64,000 bases of DNA, taken from positions 62,001 through 126,000 of the forward strand of contig CBDAVP010000014.1 of assembly GCA_965201075.1 (NCBI GenBank), written 5' to 3'. A model generated the notes under the pieces. The model saw nothing but the letters and a program-made list of their open reading frames with translations. It was not told the DNA's origin and searched no databases. The stretch's first letter is position 1, and each line of letters begins with the position of its first letter. Positions 1 to 8,876 of the stretch are shown here, piece by piece. The translations under genes were made by a program, and so were the position numbers. Source of the DNA: Isosphaeraceae bacterium (GTDB lineage: Bacteria > Planctomycetota > Planctomycetia > Isosphaerales > Isosphaeraceae).

Positions 1-75
1 AGCAACAGGAGACTCTCGCACGCCAATCAAGGTCATCGACACCCGGCCAACTCGTGACGGCAGTCGCGGTCATCC

Positions 76-600
76 TTACCAAATCCGTCGGATCAGCGTC
101 GTGTCGGTCTGGGAGGGCCCGAGGCCATTCCGGGCCCACTCCAGGTCGAACTGAACCCGGAGCGAAGTGGTGGCAGTGTGCCGCGGGCGCGAGGCGTCCG
201 GCACTCCGCGCTTCCGGCGGGCCCGGATGATCGCCTGGAGGTCGACCTGCCTGATGGAGCAGGGGGCACGCCGAGCCCCCGGCCTCCCCTTGGCCTTCCG
301 CGACAACTCCGAGGGCGTGGGTCTCGCGACTCGGGAAGCGGCCCTCTTGGCATGGATGGCCGCCACCGCGTCAGCGGCCGAAAACAGCGAAGTCGAGCGG
401 TCCGCCTCGAGGAACCCCTCAAGGCCCGGCGGACCCGGTTGACCCGGTCATCGACGGTCCTCCGAGCCAGGCCCGAGCGGACCATCTCGTCGCGGACGGA
501 AGGCCTTGAGCGACTTGGGCCCGAACTCGTCGGCCCGAGTGCCCTCGGAGGACTTCCGCGGGTGCCGCAGGCCTCGCGGCCGCCCAGGATGACGACGGCC
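76..600 (-). pseudogene. Degenerate tyrosine integrase remnant
   Basis: Fragments in three frames: TRADEFGPKSLKAFR, MVRSGLARRTVDDRVNRVRR, and the C-terminal AIIRARRKRGVP..RHTATTSLRVQFDLEWARNGLGPSQTDTTLI. These resemble planctomycete integrases; the middle is deleted. Confidence 0.7.
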
Positions 601-765
601 TAGCCGGTAGGCTTGTGAAGGCGAAAAGAGGGGGTTCGCGGAGGCATGGGCTGTGGGTTCCTCCCGAGGAAATCCGGTAGTCTCCCGAATTCCAAGGGCT
701 TCGAGCCACACGACCGGCCGCGGCGGGCAAGGACAACCACGCTTGGAGAAACCACTTATGTCAAA

Positions 766-814
766 AGCGGGCGATGGGATTCGAACCCACGACGTCCAGC
801 TTGGGAAGCTGGCA
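766..814 (-). tRNA. 3' fragment of tRNA-Gly(CCC); probable att site
   Basis: Minus strand reads TGCCAGCTTCCCAAGCTGGACGTCGTGGGTTCGAATCCCATCGCCCGCT (anticodon arm, T arm, 3' acceptor strand). The D arm and 5' acceptor strand are absent. Confidence 0.88.
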
Positions 815-863
815 CTGTATTCAGAAACGACTTGTTTTCCAGGATTTACTTCGTTAGCCTGAC

Positions 864-900
864 CGTCACAGCCCCCGAACCGTCACAGAAATCGTCACAG
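864..900 (+). repeat. Three direct CGTCACAG repeats; putative integrase arm-type sites
   Basis: CGTCACAG at 864-871, 881-888 and 893-900, between the att site and the integrase start. Confidence 0.65.
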
Positions 901-928
901 ACCCGGGGATGCTCGACGGAGGTCTCCC

Positions 929-2302
929 GTGCCCGCCCGCCACGACTTGACCTGGGAACCCGCCACCAAGCGTTGGAAGAAGATTTACAAGGGGAAGGCA
1001 TACACCGTCTCCTGCAGGAAGCTCGGGGTCCTCCCGACCAAGGAGGCGTCCTATCAGGCAGCCAACGTGTGGTGGAGGGAGCGGCTGGCCGAGTTGGAGG
1101 TCCAGGGGCCTCAGCACCCCCACCAGGCCATCCTGGACCACCTGGACAGGCGGATCGACTGGGCACGCCGCCACGGCCTCGAAAGGATCGCCCAGGACGC
1201 CGTGGACGGGAAGTACATGGTCGAGTCCTCATTCGATCATGAGGTCGCTGACGTCATGCCGTTCCTCGAAGCGAACACCGGGGACGTCGAGTCGTGGGCC
1301 GGGGTGATCGGCGACGACACCCCGCAGGACAAGACGGTCTCTGGCCAGGTCAAGGCGTGGCTCGCTTCCCTGGAGGCGAGGGTAGAGGCCGGAGATTTCA
1401 GCCCCGATCACTACGACAACATCATCGACGTAATCGCCAAGTTCGAGGCGTTCTTCGGCGGCCGGCGGCCCATCGGGGAAGTCGACGAGGCCACGCTGGA
1501 GCGATATCACCTCCACCTGCTGGCCAAGATCAAGGAGCGGCGGCGGGACCCGAAAGCCGGGATGGCGCCGGAGTACGCCCGGAAGGTCTTCCGCATCACG
1601 AAGCAGTTCATCAAATACTGCTGGGGGAAGCGGCTGCTCGAATTGCCCCGCAACTTCAACAATAGGTTCTCGTTCGGGGCAGCGGCCAAGGCGGTCCAGA
1701 CCATGGCCATCGAAGAGTTCCGTGGCCTCCACGAGGCCGCCACCGGGCAGACACGGCTGCACCTGCTGCTCATGGCCAACTGTGGCTTCTATCCCGTAGA
1801 TATCTCAGACCTTCGGGACGATGAGGTCGATTGGGTGAAGGGTAGGATCATCCGAAAGAGGTCGAAGACGGCCGAGCATGAGGATGTCCCGACGGTTGAC
1901 TTCAAGCTCTGGCCCGAGACGTTCGACCTCCTGAAGAGGTACAGGAGCGGGGCCGAGCGGGCGCTGCTCACGAAGACCGGGCAACCCTGGGTGCATAACC
2001 GGCGGGTGGAGGGCAAGCTGGTCTCATGCAACTCGGTGGAGAGCAACTATACGAACCTGAAGCGGAAGGTGAGCCAAGCCAGCAAGAACAAGGGGCTGCC
2101 GGCGTTCACGAAATCGCTGAGCCTCATTCGAAAGACCTCGGCCTCGCTGATCGGCTCGGAATCTGGATACGTGTCCTTCGTGCCCCACTTTCTGGGGCAC
2201 TCGCCCCGCACTGTCGCCGACAAGCATTATCACGCCCCGGCCAAGGAGCTTTTTGACGAGATCGTTACTTGGCTCGGGCGCAAATACGGGCTCGTGGAGT
2301 GA
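929..2302 (+). CDS. Tyrosine recombinase / integrase
   Basis: 457 aa next to att. Box II-like SLIRKTSAS, FLGHS and terminal KHY; box I region LLMANCGFYPVDISDL. Confidence 0.88.
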   Translation: MPARHDLTWEPATKRWKKIYKGKAYTVSCRKLGVLPTKEASYQAANVWWRERLAELEVQGPQHPHQAILDHLDRRIDWARRHGLERIAQDAVDGKYMVESSFDHEVADVMPFLEANTGDVESWAGVIGDDTPQDKTVSGQVKAWLASLEARVEAGDFSPDHYDNIIDVIAKFEAFFGGRRPIGEVDEATLERYHLHLLAKIKERRRDPKAGMAPEYARKVFRITKQFIKYCWGKRLLELPRNFNNRFSFGAAAKAVQTMAIEEFRGLHEAATGQTRLHLLLMANCGFYPVDISDLRDDEVDWVKGRIIRKRSKTAEHEDVPTVDFKLWPETFDLLKRYRSGAERALLTKTGQPWVHNRRVEGKLVSCNSVESNYTNLKRKVSQASKNKGLPAFTKSLSLIRKTSASLIGSESGYVSFVPHFLGHSPRTVADKHYHAPAKELFDEIVTWLGRKYGLVE

Positions 2303-2563
2303 CCATCACCCTGGCTTTAAGACGTCGATCTTCGCTTGGCGGATTGTCTCGATGGCTGACGTCGACGCCATAATCGCAGCGATCTAGGACGAGCTTCGTG
2401 ATCTTCTCGATCCCCCTGTTCGAGGGTGGGCACGGTCGGCGTCAACAATGTTGACGAGCCCTGTGGCATTCGTCCCGGCAATCGCCAAAAGAGACCAGGG
2501 TCCGTGCGATCGGGCCGATGGCGAGCCCTAAGACTCGATGACTCCAGCCCATGCTCGACCCTT

Positions 2564-4591
2564 TCAATCACCCCTAATGCCGATCGTCTTCTCCCGGCCC
2601 AACCGCTTCACGACGAACTTCACCTCGGTCCCGACGGTCAGCCTCCCCAGCCTTCCGATCAGGTCGGCGACGTCCGTGGGCTCCTCGCCGTCGAGGCTGA
2701 CGAGGACGTCCCCGGCCCGGAGGCCAGCCCGCTCGGAAGGGCCCCCCTTGATGACGGTCTTGACCTTCAGTGCACTCTTGTCAGCCTCCCAGCCCGAGCC
2801 GAAAGACGGCGGGACCTTGGCCCTCACCTCCAGCCTTATGATCGACGCCGGCTCGTGGCCCTGCAAGTGGACGTTCAACTCGCACCGCTGCCCGAGCAAC
2901 GACGGGTCGGCGGGGACATGGAAGGCATACTCGGCCAGCTTCTCGGGCTCCAGCCGCCCATCCAGCATGACGGACTCCTTGCCGCCCTTCTTGCCGACGA
3001 TCGGCGTGAAGGTCGCCCCCAGTCGGCTCCCGTCCTGCTGCCAGCCGGGGTGCTTGGGCGAGACACGCACCTGGAGCACGCCCTCGGGGAACTTGAGCGA
3101 CAGGAAGAGCGTGTACCGATCGAACTTCTCGAAGTCGATTGTCGCCGAGACGGGGGCCTTCAGGTATCTCGGGAACGAGAAGCTCGACTTCTTCACCGGC
3201 CCCTTGCCCACGAGGATCGGTGTCAAGAGCAGCGTCCCCGCCGTCTTGTCGATCGAGAGACCTTCGATCGGCATTGGGCTCCCATTCAGTGCGGAGAAGT
3301 CGCCGGTCGTGCCGACCTCGCCGAACGAGTAGACGGCCCTGTGCGTGCCGTCTTCCTCCAGCGTCACCTTGGCGTTTGGGAGGCCGGTGATCATGGCCGG
3401 CTTGCCCTGGGGCGGCTCTACGGGCGGGACCTCGCTCCTCGTGTCCACGGAGAGCAGGGAGTCTCCCACTTCGGTTAGGGACAGGGAGATCCGGCGGACG
3501 GAGATCGCCTCCTTCTCTTCGGCCACCTTCTGGTCCTGCGGTGGGGGTGCCTGGGGGTCAGCCGACGGTGGTCGGCCGCCGGATGATACCATTGCAATGA
3601 CACGGCCTTCGGCTCCTCGTACCCCGGGCATCGAGATTGATGTGTCACGGAACCTCGGCGTCCGGATCATCTGGCCCCAGTTCACCTGGATCTCCAGGGG
3701 CATGCGATCCATCCGGGTGTCGGCGAACGGGTCCCCGGGGGTGAATCTCGCACTCTGGCCGTAGCCGTCCCCGTAATTGCTATAGCCCACCATCTTGACG
3801 TCCCAGGATTCGATGAGCCGGAAGGCCGGGGCGTACCATCCCTCCCAGGTGCCGTCCCAATTCCAAGCGTTGGGCGAGCGGTGCCCGAACTCGATCAAGC
3901 CGACGGGCTTCCCCCGCTGGCGGGCCATCTGGACCAGGCGGTCGTCGGCCTGGGCCTGGAAGTTGGAGAACATTGAGAGCCCGAACCAGTCGACGTAGCG
4001 GTCGCCGGGGTAGTAATCGAGAAGTTCGCCCATTGTCATGTTGGGGCGGGGACGGTGGCTGTGGGCCAGTTCGCCGATGGAATGCCAGATGTAGGCGACG
4101 TTCTTGACCCCGAGGCGATCCCACTCATCGTGGACTTTACGGTAGAGGGCGACGTACTCCCGGGGCCGGTCCCGGAAGTCGGTCTCGAACTCACCCTCCA
4201 GGTCGGCGAAGACGGGGCCCCCGAACGCCTTGATGGCCTCGCCGACTAGCCGGATACCCTCGTCGGTGATCCCGTTCAGGTCGGTCTCCATGACCAGGAA
4301 TCCGCCTGGCGGGATGTTCTTGCTGGCGTTGTGCCGGAAGAAGTTGACGTTACGCTCGCCCTTCAACGAGTTGTAGAACTTGACGCCCAGAGGGCGGTGC
4401 CGGGTGGCCTTGGCGTACGTGACGATGCCGTCGTCCCAGGAGGACCCGATGGCGACAAGGGTCCGGCCCGGCTGCGGGGCGAACTTGCCGCCTTCCGGCC
4501 TCGTCGGGTCTGCCGCCGTCACGCATGGCAGGGACAGTGATGAGGAGGCAATGAGCAGAACGACGGCGAGTCCCCGAGACGTCTTCAGCAT
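2564..4591 (-). CDS. Secreted GH26-like glycoside hydrolase with C-terminal PDZ domain
   Basis: Signal peptide; YYPGDRYVDWFGLS and IEFG motifs typical of GH26; C-terminal VIKGGPSERAGLRAGDVLVSLDGE is PDZ-like. Confidence 0.75.
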   Translation of the reverse strand: MLKTSRGLAVVLLIASSSLSLPCVTAADPTRPEGGKFAPQPGRTLVAIGSSWDDGIVTYAKATRHRPLGVKFYNSLKGERNVNFFRHNASKNIPPGGFLVMETDLNGITDEGIRLVGEAIKAFGGPVFADLEGEFETDFRDRPREYVALYRKVHDEWDRLGVKNVAYIWHSIGELAHSHRPRPNMTMGELLDYYPGDRYVDWFGLSMFSNFQAQADDRLVQMARQRGKPVGLIEFGHRSPNAWNWDGTWEGWYAPAFRLIESWDVKMVGYSNYGDGYGQSARFTPGDPFADTRMDRMPLEIQVNWGQMIRTPRFRDTSISMPGVRGAEGRVIAMVSSGGRPPSADPQAPPPQDQKVAEEKEAISVRRISLSLTEVGDSLLSVDTRSEVPPVEPPQGKPAMITGLPNAKVTLEEDGTHRAVYSFGEVGTTGDFSALNGSPMPIEGLSIDKTAGTLLLTPILVGKGPVKKSSFSFPRYLKAPVSATIDFEKFDRYTLFLSLKFPEGVLQVRVSPKHPGWQQDGSRLGATFTPIVGKKGGKESVMLDGRLEPEKLAEYAFHVPADPSLLGQRCELNVHLQGHEPASIIRLEVRAKVPPSFGSGWEADKSALKVKTVIKGGPSERAGLRAGDVLVSLDGEEPTDVADLIGRLGRLTVGTEVKFVVKRLGREKTIGIRGD

Positions 4592-4700
4592 CGGAGAGGG
4601 TTCCTTGTTAATGTGGTGATCTCAACGACAGGCGGGAATGCCCTCGTCAGCACAATGCTCGCCATCCGACTTAGAATGAGCTATCTTGCATGAACTGTTG

Positions 4701-5940
4701 TTATTCTGGATCTAGCTCGTCCTCGTCCCCCTCGATGTCTCCATCTCCGTCCTCCCCGTCTTCGTCTTCATCCACTTCATCTTCGCCTTCGTCTTTTTCC
4801 TCACCTTGCGCATGCCAGAACCCGCAATAAGGGCACTCGTAGCCCCCGGCGAGATGCTCTTCCTCCGAATTGGCTTCCTTGTGGAACGTGCCCTGGCAGT
4901 CCGGGTTCTCGCATTCGACCTCCCAGACACCCTCACCCTGATCGGCGACGTCTCCGTCCTCGTTGACGGTGTACGTGTGCCCGCACCCGATGCAGGCCAC
5001 CCGGCCGGCAGACTCGACGTTCTGGATTGTCCCGCACCCTCTCGGACACTCGGCCTCGATTGTTCGCTTGAGGACACGGCCATTCATGTCAATCGAGAGC
5101 CGTCTCCCACAATCGGGGTTTGGGCATTCGACCTCGCCTTCCGAATGATGCTGGCTGTCCCGCTCGCAGAAGGGACAGGACACGTAGATGAGGCCCTCCA
5201 GGGTCCGAGTCCCGCCTTCGGCATCGACCTCGAAAGCCCAGCCGCAGGAATCCGCATTCGACCTGCGTCGGTAGTTCCGCAATCTTGAACTCGTGGATCG
5301 TGCCGCAATCCCCCTCCGGGTTCGGGCAGCTTACCTCGACTTCATTGAGGACAACGCCGCCCTCTCCCAGCCTGATCCACCTCTCGCAGGAATCGCACCG
5401 GACGTACCCGTCCGGGGCGTGCTGGCCGTCCTCCTTGCAGCAGGGACACTTGACGACGATCAGATCCTCGGTCTCCCGAGGCGTGCCGTCCTCGCCGATC
5501 ACGGAGATCCAGCCACACCGGCAGACGACCCGCCCCGGCGTGTCCACTACCTCGTCCTCATGGCAGTGAGGGCATTCGTACTCGATGGGATTCAGATCGG
5601 CTGGCTCTTCGGGCAAGTAAGGCTGTTCCGCCGCTTCGACGAGCCCAAGGGCGATGGCCCACGTCTCGACGGCCCAGACGGCCGCCTGACGCTCCACACC
5701 GATGTCACACAGGCGATCGGCAAATCGGGCCACCCTCACCTCGATCAGGGATGAGTCCGAGGCCCGGACCAACTCTAACACCACGTCCTCCCTCAAGGCG
5801 GCAACGACGACGAAGACCTCCTTCTCGAAGTGCCCGCACGAGCCGACAAACTCGCCCTCGATTAGTCGGGGGTCGAGGCAAGCGGCGACTCCACGTCGGG
5901 CGATCAGGCTTCGGAGTTCCCGGCGTGGCAGATCGTCCAC
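4701..5940 (-). pseudogene. Protein with six tandem double zinc-ribbon modules and acidic tail, split by a +1 frameshift
   Basis: Removing one base at 5252-5253 joins ORFs 5089-5940 and 4701-5282 and restores VECDSCGW. Confidence 0.75.
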
Positions 5941-6011
5941 CTTGAAGTCCCGATCGGATCGAGGTCCCGCCCGTGGCCGCCACTGACGGAAGAATCACAC
6001 CGCATCCAATC

Positions 6012-6056
6012 ACTCTACTATCACAAAATACGGCGTCAATACTCACGATCGTGAGT
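6012..6056 (-). promoter_or_regulatory. Sigma70-like promoter with adjacent perfect 16-bp palindromic operator
   Basis: Minus strand TTGACG-16nt-TAGAGT (6039-6012). ACTCACGATCGTGAGT at 6041-6056 lies between divergent genes. Confidence 0.6.
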
Positions 6057-6101
6057 CGATCTTTAGCCCTCGCCCAGGCGATCCCATGGGCGGGGGGACT
6101 C

Positions 6102-6488
6102 ATGGCGAAGAAGAAGGCCAAGAAGGAGATCGAGCACGCCGGTATCGTGCTCAGGTTCGGCGCACGGCTGCGGGAACTCCGCAACTCTCGGGGCATGACG
6201 CAGGCCGAACTCGCCAATCAGGCCCACGTCACGGCCAGCTACGTCTGGCGGCTGGAGAGCGGCGGTGCGGCACCGGGCATCGACCTCGTGGACCGACTCG
6301 CCATCGCCCTAGGAACATCCGCCGCAGACCTGTTGCCCGTGGCCGAGCCGCCGGACGGCTTGCCCGTCTTAAGGGAGCAGGCTCGCAAGCTCTTTGAGTC
6401 GCTCATGAGCGAGGGAGACAGGGAGACGCTGCTCCTACTGAACCCGCTCATGGCCAGGCTCCTGGAGTCGCCCACAAGGCGGCGTTGA
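6102..6488 (+). CDS. XRE-family HTH transcriptional regulator
   Basis: FGARLRELRNSRGMTQAELA...YVWRLESG...P HTH signature. Confidence 0.9.
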   Translation: MAKKKAKKEIEHAGIVLRFGARLRELRNSRGMTQAELANQAHVTASYVWRLESGGAAPGIDLVDRLAIALGTSAADLLPVAEPPDGLPVLREQARKLFESLMSEGDRETLLLLNPLMARLLESPTRRR

Positions 6489-6523
6489 GTCAACCAGAAG
6501 TCGGCAAGGTCGTGCGCAGGACG

Positions 6524-7012
6524 TCAGTCCCGTCCAGACTGGTCACGTCGGCGTGCCAGTTCCAGCCGCAGGCTCTCCTCGCCCCGGGCCATTGCCCAGC
6601 GGTGGTTCGCCTCGAATACCGGCTTGAACAGGAAGGACAGGTGCCGGAGTAGCGGCTTGTCGGCCCGCACCCGCCAGTCGTATTGGGCCTCGACCTGCGG
6701 GCATTGCGGGGTGATCATCCACTCCCCATGCCCGTCCAAGTCGCCCCAGGCTTCGAGGGCGATCCAAGTCGGATGGATCTTCTCCGTCACCCGGAAGCTC
6801 CAGCGGATCTTGTACGGCAGCCAGCCCTTAGTGAGCAGAGTGACGACCTTGCCCACGCCCCGCTCGTCGCCGGGTTCGATCACTTGGACGTCGAGATAGA
6901 CCGAGGGCCACCACCGGGCCATGTCTTCAGGCTCGTCGAGGATAGCGAAGACCTCCTCGGTCGTACCCTCGACGTGCCAGCGGGTGAGGAACTGGTATTC
7001 GTTGGAGGGCAT
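6524..7012 (-). CDS. SRPBCC / polyketide cyclase family protein
   Basis: YQFLTRWHV...RWWPSVY...LPYKIRW...FEANHRWAMARGE pattern. Confidence 0.8.
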   Translation of the reverse strand: MPSNEYQFLTRWHVEGTTEEVFAILDEPEDMARWWPSVYLDVQVIEPGDERGVGKVVTLLTKGWLPYKIRWSFRVTEKIHPTWIALEAWGDLDGHGEWMITPQCPQVEAQYDWRVRADKPLLRHLSFLFKPVFEANHRWAMARGEESLRLELARRRDQSGRD

Positions 7013-7108
7013 GACTCGTGAGGCCCTCGGGCCGAGGTCTTCATCAGGATCGCTGCACGTCGCCGTGGTAGTCGTCGAGATGTCCGGGAAGTTGTCCGGC
7101 CGGGAGGA

Positions 7109-7405
7109 CTATGAGTTCTTGGCGAGCAATTCTTCGACGTTGAAGGGCTTCTTGCCCTGGAGCCGCAGCCAGTACGTCTGGGCGGCGGCCACGTTGCCCA
7201 TGTGGGGCATGGCGAGCACCTCCTCGGCGACGGCGATCTGCTCCGGCTCGGTCGTGGCGTCCCGCTCCTCGCAGAGCCACTGCCAGCAGGTGGTCTTGCC
7301 GAAGTCGGCCCACAACTGCCGCTTCAGGTCTGCCAGCCTGTCGCCGTGGCCCGGGCCGCCGACCGGGGATTGGTCGATAATCTGATCCTTCGCTTCGTCA
7401 CTCAT
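7109..7405 (-). CDS. Hypothetical protein, coupled to upstream gene
   Basis: 98 aa; ATGA overlap with 7402-8094. Confidence 0.65.
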   Translation of the reverse strand: MSDEAKDQIIDQSPVGGPGHGDRLADLKRQLWADFGKTTCWQWLCEERDATTEPEQIAVAEEVLAMPHMGNVAAAQTYWLRLQGKKPFNVEELLAKNS

Positions 7406-8094
7406 GGCGTGCCCCCTACCACAAACCTTCGGCCGGGCCGTCCTTTGATGTTACCCAGGTCGCCGGGGCGGTCAAGCGGGTCCGTCATGGCGGGGGTGGC
7501 CCGAGGCCCATACTTGATCTGGGTGTAGAAGGGCTCGCCCCGGCGTGGCCGGGCCGTGCCCCCGAGCGAGTCGCCGATCTGATAATCGGCAGGGCAGGTG
7601 GGGCTGCCCGAGTGGTGCAGCAGGAACGCCTCCGGCTGGCCGGGCAGCTTCACCAGGGCACCCCACTGGGTATTCGGGAACGGCCCACGGCCCTTCTCCC
7701 CGGTGGGGTTATACAGGAGTTCCTTGATCTGTCCAAGGAACTCGTTGCCGTCCATGGTTCCCACGGGCTGGACCACGAAGCTGTTCTCCCGATTCATCCT
7801 GATCTCGCCGTCCCGTTCCTCCTGCCCGGCCCCGATCACCGGGTAGAAAGACAGCCCAAGTCTACGGATGTTCGCCATCAGCTTGAGGTTCGCCTCGTCA
7901 TTGAGCCGCTTCTTGACGGCCTCCGGGTACGGTTGGCCCGACGGGTCGAGCAGATCGGCCCTCCAGGCGGTCAGGGTGGCCATGGGCTTGTCCACGGCCT
8001 GGGTCAGTAGCTTGCCCAGGGACCGGGCGAACGACCGCCTGGCGGCCATCTCGTTGAAGGCCGCCCATTGCACGAAACTGAGGATCGACGTCAT
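7402..8094 (-). CDS. Phage-like hypothetical protein
   Basis: LTAWR...NLKLMANIRRLGLSFYPVIG..QE..ENSFVV recalls a family common in large myoviruses. N-terminus MTSILSFVQWAAFNE. Confidence 0.65.
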   Translation of the reverse strand: MTSILSFVQWAAFNEMAARRSFARSLGKLLTQAVDKPMATLTAWRADLLDPSGQPYPEAVKKRLNDEANLKLMANIRRLGLSFYPVIGAGQEERDGEIRMNRENSFVVQPVGTMDGNEFLGQIKELLYNPTGEKGRGPFPNTQWGALVKLPGQPEAFLLHHSGSPTCPADYQIGDSLGGTARPRRGEPFYTQIKYGPRATPAMTDPLDRPGDLGNIKGRPGRRFVVGGTP

Positions 8095-8098
8095 GCCC

Positions 8099-8104
8099 TA
8101 TCTA
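8099..8104 (-). promoter_or_regulatory. TAGATA box 4 nt before ATG (phage late-promoter-like)
   Basis: Minus strand cTAGATAgggcATG; no Shine-Dalgarno. Confidence 0.5.
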
Positions 8105-8189
8105 GGGTCGGGACCGAGCATTTACGAGGGACGTCGGCGAAATTGGCCGGAAAATCGGCCCTGATGAGGAGGAATCGATCCACCGTCCA

Positions 8190-8195
8190 TAGATA
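8190..8195 (+). promoter_or_regulatory. TAGATA box 5 nt before ATG (phage late-promoter-like)
   Basis: caTAGATAcgtgcATG. Confidence 0.5.
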
Positions 8196-8200
8196 CGTGC

Positions 8201-8761
8201 ATGGAGAACGAGTTCAGGCCGATCGAGGGCGTTCCGGGATACCGGGTCAGCAGGGAGGGCAAGGTCGAGTCGTGCTGGGGCCGACGTGGCCGGGCGGTCG
8301 TCCTGACGGAGGAGTGGCACCCCATGAAGCCGATCCGTCGCCAGGGGTATCTGACCGTCAACCTCGCCAAGGGCGGTAAGAAAACGGCCCGCCGCATCCA
8401 CCGCCTCGTCCTTGAGGCGTTCATCGGCCCGTGCCCGCCGGACATGGTCGCCTGTCACGGCGACGGGGACCGGGCGAACAACGAACTGTCGAATCTCAGA
8501 TGGGATACACCGAGAGCCAACAGCGACGACAGTTTACGACACGGCACGAGGGCGATGGGTGCTAGGTGCCGGCCGTCGAAATTGATCGAAGACGATGTGT
8601 TCATAATCCGTCGGCTTAGGGCCGAGGGCGTCTCGACGGGCGAGTTGGCGAGCCGTTTCGGTGTGACGTACGAGAACGTCCTGGCCATCGTGAGCAGGCG
8701 GTCGTGGAAGCACCTGCCTTCTCGCAGGGGGACGGTCGCCCTTGCGTTGCCCGCCGGTTAG
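8201..8761 (+). CDS. NUMOD4-motif HNH endonuclease with C-terminal HTH
   Basis: FRPIEGVPGYRVSREGKV; HRLVLEAF...ACHGDGDRANNELSNLRW. Confidence 0.9.
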   Translation: MENEFRPIEGVPGYRVSREGKVESCWGRRGRAVVLTEEWHPMKPIRRQGYLTVNLAKGGKKTARRIHRLVLEAFIGPCPPDMVACHGDGDRANNELSNLRWDTPRANSDDSLRHGTRAMGARCRPSKLIEDDVFIIRRLRAEGVSTGELASRFGVTYENVLAIVSRRSWKHLPSRRGTVALALPAG

Positions 8762-8876
8762 AGTGGAAGCCCGAGCGGGGGCCGACGCCTACCGGAGGCG
8801 GTCGTTGCGGCTGGCCGAGGGGCTAAGTTGACAACAAAACGGCACAAGAGTATCGGCGAGTGAAAGGTGACTCAAG

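Noticed and set aside
766..814. Complete tRNA-Gly gene
   Set aside because: 5' acceptor strand and D arm are missing; treated as an att fragment.
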